Source: Candidatus Latescibacterota bacterium
Lineage (GTDB): Bacteria > Latescibacterota > UBA2968 > UBA8231
Direction: 5' to 3'
DNA: 64,000 nucleotides
Assembly (NCBI GenBank): GCA_965223905.1
Contig: CBDCXV010000001.1
Coordinates: 1,376,001 to 1,440,000 of the forward strand
Below are positions 57,041 to 64,000 of the stretch, piece after piece. The translations under genes were made by a program, and so were the position numbers. Within the stretch, counting starts at the first letter, position 1, and every line of letters starts with the position of its first letter. A model generated the notes under the pieces. It worked only from the letters and a program-made list of their open reading frames with translations, was not told the origin of the DNA and did not search any database.

Positions 57041-57823
57041 ATGGGAATTCTCGACAGGTTTTCACTGCAGGGGCGCGTCGCCCTGGTGTCCGGGGGCTCG
57101 GGCCCCCAGTTCGGCAGCAGCCTCAGCGAGGGACTCGCCGAGGCCGGCGCCACGGTCATCTCGGCGTCGCGCTCGCTGGAGCGCAACCAGGAGTTCGCCG
57201 AGCGCCTGCGCGGCGAGGGGCACGACGCCCACGCCATGCAGCTCGACATCACCGACCCGGCTTCGATCTCCGCCCTCGGCGGCGAGGTGCTCGACCGCTT
57301 CGGGCGCATCGACGTGCTGGTCAACAGCGCCGTCGTGGGTCGCGGCGGCGGCTTCGAGGACCAGACTTACGAGTACTGGCAGTACAGCGCCAGCGGCAAC
57401 ATGTCCGGGCTGTTCGCCATGTGCAAGACCTTCGTCCCGGCCATGGTCGAGCAGGGCCGCGGCTCGATCGTCAACATCTCGAGCATATACGGGGTCGTCG
57501 GCAACGATCCGACCCTGTACGAGGGCACGGAAATGAAGCAGGCGCCGGACTACAACTTCGTCAAAGCCGGCATGATCAACTTCACCCGCTACGTCGCCAA
57601 CTACTACGGCAAGCAGGGGGTGCGGGCCAACTGCATCTGTCCGGGGGGATACTTCAACAATCAGCCGGGGCCGTTCGTCGAGAACTACGAAAAACGCGCC
57701 CCGGTCGGACGCATGCTGCACAACGACGACATCAAGGGCGCGGTGGTGTTCCTCGCCTCGGACGCCTCGGAGTACGTCACCGGCACCTCGCTGATGGTCG
57801 ACGGCGGCTGGACCAGCCTGTAG
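57041..57823 (+). CDS. Short-chain dehydrogenase/reductase
   Basis: ALVSGGSG, DVLVNSA, NISSIYG, YNFVK (YxxxK), VDGG. Confidence 0.93.
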   Translation: MGILDRFSLQGRVALVSGGSGPQFGSSLSEGLAEAGATVISASRSLERNQEFAERLRGEGHDAHAMQLDITDPASISALGGEVLDRFGRIDVLVNSAVVGRGGGFEDQTYEYWQYSASGNMSGLFAMCKTFVPAMVEQGRGSIVNISSIYGVVGNDPTLYEGTEMKQAPDYNFVKAGMINFTRYVANYYGKQGVRANCICPGGYFNNQPGPFVENYEKRAPVGRMLHNDDIKGAVVFLASDASEYVTGTSLMVDGGWTSL

Positions 57824-57919
57824 GGGGGCGCGAAAAAATACGGCAGGGCCCCGGCGAGCCGGGATTCCCGAAAGCCTCGTTAGTACCCGGATGAAACCGC
57901 GAAGGACCGGAGACCCGCC

Positions 57920-59050
57920 ATGATCATCGATTCCCACGCCTACTGCTTCGAGCCCGCCGACAGTCCGAAGGGGTACGCCAGCGCCGGCGAGCACCTCGCC
58001 ATCGTGCAGCAGTCCCAGGCGCGCCACCACCAGCCCGCCTTCCGGATTCGCGACGGCGTCGAGGGGCCGTCGCACGTCCTCGACTCCGCCAGCGGCGCGC
58101 TCGACGACCTGCCGGACGTCGGCTTCCGCATCGACAAGGAATTCGGCCGCGTCCTGTGGGACTACGGAGGGGAAACCTGGACCAAGCACTTCTACCCGCC
58201 GAACCTGCGCAATCTCGAGTTCACCCCGGAGAGCCTCGTCGGCGAGATGGATTACGCCGGGGTGCAGCGGGTCCTGCTGCACACCAACCCGATGCTCGGG
58301 CGGGACAACGGCTACCAGGCTCAGTGCGTGCGCAGGTTCCCCGGGCGAATCCTGTCGATGGCCGGCCTCGACGAGCGCCGGATTCACAGCGACCCCGACG
58401 CTGCGACAGCCGGGATCGCCGCGGCGATCCGCGATCTGGGACTGCAGGCGATCAAGTTCGCCAGCTACGGCTACGACGTCAGTCCGGAGCCGTGGGACGG
58501 AGGGGCGTACGAGCCGTTCTGGGATGCGGTGTCGTCTCTAGGGGTGCCGGTCTTCTTCACCTTGGGCACCGGTCCCGGCCGCGGCCTGGAAATCGCCCCG
58601 GACGCGGCGCAGCAGCAGGGCTATCTCGGGGAGCTCCGCATCCTGGGGCGGCTGATGGAGAAGTACCCGTCCATGGCGTGCAGCATCACCCACGGCTTTC
58701 CCTGGCGCGTCTTCCTCGACGGCGGCGGCATCTCGCTGCCGGACGAAATCTGGGAGCCGTTCGCCAACCCGAATCTCAGCCTCGAGGTCTGCTTCCCGGT
58801 CCGCATCGGCGACCTCTTCGACTACCCGTACCGCGAGGTCTGGCCGGCGCTCGAGGCGATGGTCGAACGCATCGGCCCCGGAAGGCTGATGTACGGCACC
58901 GACATGCCGTTCCAGAACCGCTTCTGCACCTACCGCCAGTCCCGCCACTGGATCGAGCGGCACTTCGCCCCGGCCGCGGGGTTGGGCGATGCCGAGAAGG
59001 GGATGATCATGGGGGAGTGCGCGGCGCGGGTGCTGGGGATCGAGGGGTAG
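57920..59050 (+). CDS. Amidohydrolase family protein
   Basis: IIDSHAY, EMDYAGV, THG, LMYGTDMP. Confidence 0.85.
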   Translation: MIIDSHAYCFEPADSPKGYASAGEHLAIVQQSQARHHQPAFRIRDGVEGPSHVLDSASGALDDLPDVGFRIDKEFGRVLWDYGGETWTKHFYPPNLRNLEFTPESLVGEMDYAGVQRVLLHTNPMLGRDNGYQAQCVRRFPGRILSMAGLDERRIHSDPDAATAGIAAAIRDLGLQAIKFASYGYDVSPEPWDGGAYEPFWDAVSSLGVPVFFTLGTGPGRGLEIAPDAAQQQGYLGELRILGRLMEKYPSMACSITHGFPWRVFLDGGGISLPDEIWEPFANPNLSLEVCFPVRIGDLFDYPYREVWPALEAMVERIGPGRLMYGTDMPFQNRFCTYRQSRHWIERHFAPAAGLGDAEKGMIMGECAARVLGIEG

Positions 59051-59249
59051 GGATCGAGCCGGGCCGCCAACACCAGCGATTGCCGCGGGGCCGGGTTGGC
59101 CGGGGCGCGGGAGGCGATGGAAAGGTTCCGGGCCATAACGGAAGCCGGCCCGGGTATCCCGAGAGGCTGCGGCCCAAGCCCTTGCGAGGGCCAGCCGAGG
59201 CCGTGGTGCGATGGCAACTGTTGACCTGCCAGGAGGAGAGGCTGCCGCA

Positions 59250-59930
59250 ATGAAACTGACCCACCCCGACATGATCGCCGAAGTGACCAGCCGCTGGGAG
59301 GGGGAGCGCGACGCCGCCGGCCGTCCGATGGTCCCCGACGACATTCTCGAGCGCATGAAATCGGTCACCACCGAAGACGCCTGGACGGTGCTGAAGAAGC
59401 ACGGCTGGGAGCACAACTTCGCCGGCGGCTGGACGGTGCTGTTTCCCGGCCAGGTGCTGGTCGGCCGCGCCATCACCTGCCGCTGGGTGCCGATGCGGCC
59501 CGAGCTTCACGATGCCCTGCTGCGCCTGGGGGAAGCCGAGGGCCGCGTCGGTTTCCTCAACTCGTGGGTGATCGACGAGATGGTCAACGGCGACGTCCTC
59601 GTGGCCGACCTGTTCGGAAAGGTGAATCTCGTGGGAGACAACCTGACCACCGCCATCAAGGCGAACGGGGGCCGCGGCATGGTGATCGACGGCGGCCTCC
59701 GCGACCTGCAGCGCATCCTCAAGATCCCCGACTTCTGCACCTTCGTGAAGCGCATTCACCCGGAGGCGATACCCGGCGTCACCATGCCGGACATCAACGG
59801 CATCACCCGCATCGGCGAGGCGACCTGCATCCCCGGAGACGTCGTCCTCGGCACCGTGACCGGGGTGCTCTTCATCCCACCGCACCTGGCCGGGGAGGTC
59901 GTCCTCTCTTCCGAGAGGAGCGGAGGCTGA
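59250..59930 (+). CDS. RraA/HMG aldolase family protein, possibly C-terminally truncated
   Basis: LVGRAIT, GDNL, IDGGLRD, PGDVVLG, GVLFIP. Confidence 0.82.
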   Translation: MKLTHPDMIAEVTSRWEGERDAAGRPMVPDDILERMKSVTTEDAWTVLKKHGWEHNFAGGWTVLFPGQVLVGRAITCRWVPMRPELHDALLRLGEAEGRVGFLNSWVIDEMVNGDVLVADLFGKVNLVGDNLTTAIKANGGRGMVIDGGLRDLQRILKIPDFCTFVKRIHPEAIPGVTMPDINGITRIGEATCIPGDVVLGTVTGVLFIPPHLAGEVVLSSERSGG

Positions 59931-60102
59931 GGCCCGCAGTCGTCGCTATGGGCCGGTCCGGATGGTCCCACTTCCAGGGGGGTTGCCGCCGCGGGTCGCC
60001 GGTGCCGTTCAGGAAGGTTCTGCGAGTCGAGGGAAAAGGCTATGTTGCCGATTCGGTACTCCGCCGGAATCGGCAGCGCACCGCAACACCCGGGAGATAT
60101 CG

Positions 60103-60867
60103 GTGACGGACGAATTCACCAGAACCTTCGAAAACCACTGGAACGATTTCCGCGCCCGCTGGTGCGACAGCACCGACCTCGGCGGGGCCCGCGCCTACAG
60201 CCACGAGGAGGTGAAGGCGGTCATGTTCCACCGCGTCGCCCGGGTCGACGTGCCTGCCGAGAGGGTGGACGGGCTGATCGACGACGCCGTCGAGTTTTTC
60301 CGGGAGAAGGAGTACGACTGCCTCTTCACCCTCTCGCCGCTGGACCGGCCGGCCGACATGGCGGAACGGCTGCGGCAAAGGGGGTTCGAGCTGGCGCTGC
60401 TGCCGGTGGCGATGCTCTGCGACCAGCCGGCCGGGCCCGTTTCCGCAGAAGACGTCGAGGTGGAGATCGTCGGCGCCGGCGGTTACGACACCTGGGCGGA
60501 GATCATGTGCACCTGCTTCGGCAATCCCCCGGAAGCCGGGGAGGCAGGCCGTTCGGTGCTCGACGTCCCGGAGGTCCTCCTCTACCTCGCCCTGAGAAAG
60601 GGGGAGCCGGCCGGCACCGCGCTGCTGTATCCGCGCAACGGCATCGGGTACATAGACGCCGTCGGCACCCTGCCGGAGCACCGCGGTTGCGGCGTCGCCT
60701 CCGCAGTGGCCGCGCGCGCCGTCGCCGATTCCAAGGCCCTGGGCAACCGCTGGACGACCCTCGAGGTCGAATGCGAAAGCCCCGCCGAGAGGATCTACCG
60801 GCGCCTCGGCTTCCGCCGCATGCATTTCCGGCCGCGCTACGCCAAGGCTCTGGAGGACCTTCAGTGA
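60103..60867 (+). CDS. GNAT family acetyltransferase
   Basis: VGTLPEHRGCGVAS acetyl-CoA motif, IYRRLGF; GTG start after GGGAG. Confidence 0.88.
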   Translation: MTDEFTRTFENHWNDFRARWCDSTDLGGARAYSHEEVKAVMFHRVARVDVPAERVDGLIDDAVEFFREKEYDCLFTLSPLDRPADMAERLRQRGFELALLPVAMLCDQPAGPVSAEDVEVEIVGAGGYDTWAEIMCTCFGNPPEAGEAGRSVLDVPEVLLYLALRKGEPAGTALLYPRNGIGYIDAVGTLPEHRGCGVASAVAARAVADSKALGNRWTTLEVECESPAERIYRRLGFRRMHFRPRYAKALEDLQ

Positions 60868-61046
60868 AATGCTGCAGGGGACGGTTGGGTCCGGGGAGAT
60901 GACCTGGCCTCGGTTTCGCTGATCCGGGACATCACCAGGGTCGCGTCCTACGGAACTTGAAAGATCCCGGCCCTGGAATCGGCGCCGGAAATTGCAAGGG
61001 ATCCCTGGGACGCGACACAAATACCAAACGATAGAAGGAGCGGGAC

Positions 61047-61928
61047 ATGGAAGCATGGGCCGGCCGCAACGCCCGGTACATCGCCGGAAATGGATTGGCC
61101 AGCCGCGAACGCCAGGTTCCGGAGCCGGAAGTCGCGGTCGCCATGGAGGCGGGCAAGGTGTACGCCACCGCCGATCTGCCGGGCATCGCCATCGCCGAAG
61201 GGGTGAAGGCATCCGTTTCGTGGGGGCGCGGAACCTTGCTGGAATGGCTCGAGATGGAGCCCGGCTCCGTCTACCCTGAACAGACCCTGCCCGGAGAGCT
61301 CATCACCGCGGTGCAGGGCGGCTCGGCCACCTGTGCGGTCGACGGAAGGGAAGTCGAGCTGAACGGCAGGTCGTTCCTGTACCTGACCGATGGAATGCGC
61401 CGGACCCTGCGCGCCGGCACCGACGGCTTCGTCGCCATGGAGGTGTTTTCCCCCGTGCTCGCCGACCACCTCGCCCTCGCCGGCACCAGATTGCCGGATG
61501 AAGCCGACGTCGGTTCCCCCGACCAGGGAGTGGAGCCATCGCTGCAGGCCGGAGTGGTCTACCGGTTCGAGAATATCCCGCGGCAGCCGGTGATCATGCC
61601 GGGGCGGGAATCGCTGCCCCCCACCGCCCATACCACCCTGATGTGGAGCCGCAACTTCATGCTCAGCTTCATCCGCATGGACGGCGGCTCCTCCTTCCCC
61701 CACCACTTTCACCCGGAGGACCAGCTGATGATGGTCCTGCAGGGGGAGATGGAGGAGGGGATCATCGACGACTGGCTGCCGATGAAGGACCTCGACGTGA
61801 TCCTGCAGCCGGGAGGGATGGTGCACGCCGCCAGCATAAGCCCCGGGGGCGTCGACGTGGTGGACGTGTTCTGGCCGGTGCGGCCCGACTACATGGCGAT
61901 GGCGCAGCAGCACCGGGCGGGCTCCTGA
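61047..61928 (+). CDS. Tandem cupin-domain protein
   Basis: FPHHFHPEDQ...GMVH in the C-terminal cupin; degenerate N-terminal cupin. Confidence 0.8.
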   Translation: MEAWAGRNARYIAGNGLASRERQVPEPEVAVAMEAGKVYATADLPGIAIAEGVKASVSWGRGTLLEWLEMEPGSVYPEQTLPGELITAVQGGSATCAVDGREVELNGRSFLYLTDGMRRTLRAGTDGFVAMEVFSPVLADHLALAGTRLPDEADVGSPDQGVEPSLQAGVVYRFENIPRQPVIMPGRESLPPTAHTTLMWSRNFMLSFIRMDGGSSFPHHFHPEDQLMMVLQGEMEEGIIDDWLPMKDLDVILQPGGMVHAASISPGGVDVVDVFWPVRPDYMAMAQQHRAGS

Positions 61929-62122
61929 GCGGATTCAGCGACCCCGTGCCCTGCGGCTCGTCAGAAGCCGGCGGTCTGCGGTTGGACGGACCCGCTGATC
62001 CAATCGAGGGGAGTACCGAGTAACCGCGAGGTACCCCTTCCAACCAAAGCCCGGCCTCCCACCGGGCTTCGCAGACCATCGCCGAATGGCTTCGGCTCCC
62101 CTGACAGAAACTGGTTGCCCCG

Positions 62123-63097
62123 ATGAGACAGATCGTTAGACAGCTCGACATACTGCGGACCCTGCATGCCCGGCGTTACGGAATGACCGTACGCGAGCTT
62201 GCGGAGGAGTACGATGTAACGGTGCGCACCGTGCAGCGCGACCTGATTGACCTGCGGGAGGCCGGGTTCATACTGGGGGAAAAACGCCGCAACAGTCGCG
62301 TCTACTACCAGCTACAGAAAGAGACCGGGATGCCGATGAACTTCCCGGTCATGGAAGTCGCGGCCATGATCTTTGCCGAGCGCGCCGGCCTGGGCCTGGT
62401 GGGGACCCCGTTCGGAGAGCATCTGCGCTCGGCCGTCCGCAGGCTGACCGAGACGATGCCCCAGGAGGGGCGGCGATTCTTCGAGCGGGCCGCCGAGGCC
62501 TACGTGCCGCTGGCACGCGGGCACAAGCCGTACGAGGAGGCCCGGGAACTGCTCGAGAAACTGCACGATGCCATTCTCGAGCGCCGCGTCTGCCGGGTGA
62601 GCTACCGCTCGCCGGGAGCGGAGGGCGCAAAGCAGTACGAGATCGAACCGCTGCGCCTGATGCATTACCGGGGCGGCCTGTACGTGATCTCCCGGGTGCC
62701 TTACTACGACAGCCTGATCACTCAGGCCGTTGAACGCTTTGAGTCCGTAGAGGCGACGGGGGAGACGTTCGAGCCGCCGGACCACCTGCCGATCGACGAG
62801 CGGGTGAGCGATGCTTTCGGGGTTTCGTACGAGGAGCCGATGGAGGTGGCGGTCCGGTTTACGGGGGAACAGGCCCCATATATAAGGGAAAGGATCTGGC
62901 ACCCCAGCCAGGAGCTGGAGGAGCTGCCGGACGGGCGGGTGGTGCTGCGGCTGCGGGCAGGCGGGTTCTACGAGATCAGGAGCTGGGTGCTGAGCTTCGG
63001 AGCCGCGGCCGAGGTGCTGGAGCCGGCGGAGCTGCGGGAGGCGGTTCGTGAGGAGATGCGGTCGGCGCTGGGGCTGGATACCGGGGGTGCGACATGA
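62123..63097 (+). CDS. HTH-WYL transcriptional regulator
   Basis: ELAEEYDVTVRTVQRDL wHTH, IEPLRL...LYV, WVLSFGAAAEVLEPAELR. Confidence 0.92.
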   Translation: MRQIVRQLDILRTLHARRYGMTVRELAEEYDVTVRTVQRDLIDLREAGFILGEKRRNSRVYYQLQKETGMPMNFPVMEVAAMIFAERAGLGLVGTPFGEHLRSAVRRLTETMPQEGRRFFERAAEAYVPLARGHKPYEEARELLEKLHDAILERRVCRVSYRSPGAEGAKQYEIEPLRLMHYRGGLYVISRVPYYDSLITQAVERFESVEATGETFEPPDHLPIDERVSDAFGVSYEEPMEVAVRFTGEQAPYIRERIWHPSQELEELPDGRVVLRLRAGGFYEIRSWVLSFGAAAEVLEPAELREAVREEMRSALGLDTGGAT

Positions 63098-63106
63098 TCT
63101 GTCGCA
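63088..63106. promoter_or_regulatory. Palindrome TGCGACA-N5-TGTCGCA, candidate WYL operator
   Basis: Perfect 7-5-7 inverted repeat spanning the WYL stop codon, 36 bp upstream of the next ORF. Confidence 0.7.
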
Positions 63107-63142
63107 GGCTTCATTTTCCTCTTGGAAAGGAGCGGATGACCC

Positions 63143-63724
63143 ATGGACCTCATACAAGACAAGGAGACCAAGATGAGAGACCTGACGCCCGAGGACGAGA
63201 AGTATCTTGTAGAATACTGCATGCAACCGGAGAATACCTGGCTTGCCCTGGCCATCGGACAGATACAACCAGAACTAAAAGGAAAAATTGTCTCCACGTT
63301 TGTGCGGAAACTCGACGAAAGTGTAAAAGAAGCACTAAAGAATATCGAGATGTGCGGCTTTCGCTTGGAGACATGCGTTCCGGAAACGAAGCTGGAAGAG
63401 AAAAAAACATACTCGCTATTCATTTTGAAGGTTCAAAGAATCGAAATACATCTCGGCATTTGGGGTGGCGGATACTTGCTGGTGAAAATGCCTGCAGGAA
63501 CGGAGCTAGACCCCCGATGGGATGAAGTCATTTCGGACATGGGCGTCAAGCTAAAAAGCAGTGCTAGTGGGTGTTGGTTCGATGCGGAAGAAAGGCACCA
63601 TATCCGGAGCGTTGAAGCCCTGATCGCGCTGCAGGATGACGAGATCAGAGGAGAGAAGATCGCGTACTTCACTGACATATTGGTGCGTCTTGTGAGGAAC
63701 ATTCTGAAGGTACTGGAGGCTTGA
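63143..63724 (+). CDS. Hypothetical protein, lower GC
   Basis: 193-aa ORF after AAGGAG; no recognised motif. Confidence 0.65.
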   Translation: MDLIQDKETKMRDLTPEDEKYLVEYCMQPENTWLALAIGQIQPELKGKIVSTFVRKLDESVKEALKNIEMCGFRLETCVPETKLEEKKTYSLFILKVQRIEIHLGIWGGGYLLVKMPAGTELDPRWDEVISDMGVKLKSSASGCWFDAEERHHIRSVEALIALQDDEIRGEKIAYFTDILVRLVRNILKVLEA

Positions 63725-63726
63725 AG

Positions 63727-64000
63727 ATGCCGGAGGACACGGGGTTTGAGGAGGAGACTCGACGATTCCTCGGGAATGCGAGGAGAGGTCTAGAAGATCG
63801 GAGGAATGATCGCATTAGAAGACTTAAGGAGGAGTCTCCACGCTTTTTCGAGGGCGCCAGGCAAGGTCTTCACGTCCTGCGGCCAGTCGCAATTGAGCTT
63901 GATCGCCACTTGGCCAGAAAGTTCGACTTGATCGCCACTTGGCCAGAAAGTTCGACTGTTTCCGTTTCATCCATCTTGACGAAAACCGCATGTCCGATGT
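63727..64000 (+). pseudogene. 5' part of a probable PD-(D/E)XK nuclease gene, frameshifted by a tandem duplication
   Basis: Removing the duplicate gives ELDRHLARKFDCFRFIHLDENRMSD, resembling the N-terminus of PDDEXK_4-type proteins; runs off the window. Confidence 0.5.
63899..63956 (+). repeat. Exact 29-bp tandem duplication
   Basis: TTGATCGCCACTTGGCCAGAAAGTTCGAC twice, with no spacer. Confidence 0.95.

Noticed and set aside
63899-63956. 29-bp repeat as a CRISPR array
   Set aside because: Only two adjacent copies, no spacer and no cas operon.

Overview
High-GC bacterial chromosomal window; I see no rRNA, tRNA or CRISPR array. A catabolic backbone (PhyH dioxygenases, BNR/sialidase-like propellers, aldo-keto reductase, Gfo/Idh/MocA, amidohydrolases, SDR, enolase family, RraA, cupin) is interleaved with many DNA-processing and defence modules. 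These are: (i) a translationally coupled N6-MTase / HTH-ImmA peptidase / DUF4411 PIN / PLD-SNF2 helicase operon followed by a SWIM protein and a NucS-like nuclease; (ii) a single 1738-aa exonuclease-RecQ-UvrD fusion; (iii) a split AddAB/AdnAB-like helicase pair, a stand-alone Fe-S nuclease and RecJ; (iv) an ECF sigma / anti-sigma / caspase-like cluster; (v) a WYL regulator with a perfect palindrome ahead of a PD-(D/E)XK gene; (vi) several toxin-antitoxin modules or remnants; (vii) a complete IS1380-family element inside an already deleted type III Mod gene. A candidate kissing-loop, SD-sequestering leader RNA precedes a DUF151 nuclease fusion (8361-8475, minus strand). C-terminal WGxIK tails and the PhyH abundance suggest a Latescibacterota/Poribacteria-like organism (inference only). 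Several single-base frameshifts fall in homopolymers and may be assembly errors. All family calls come from motif recognition by eye, not database searches.
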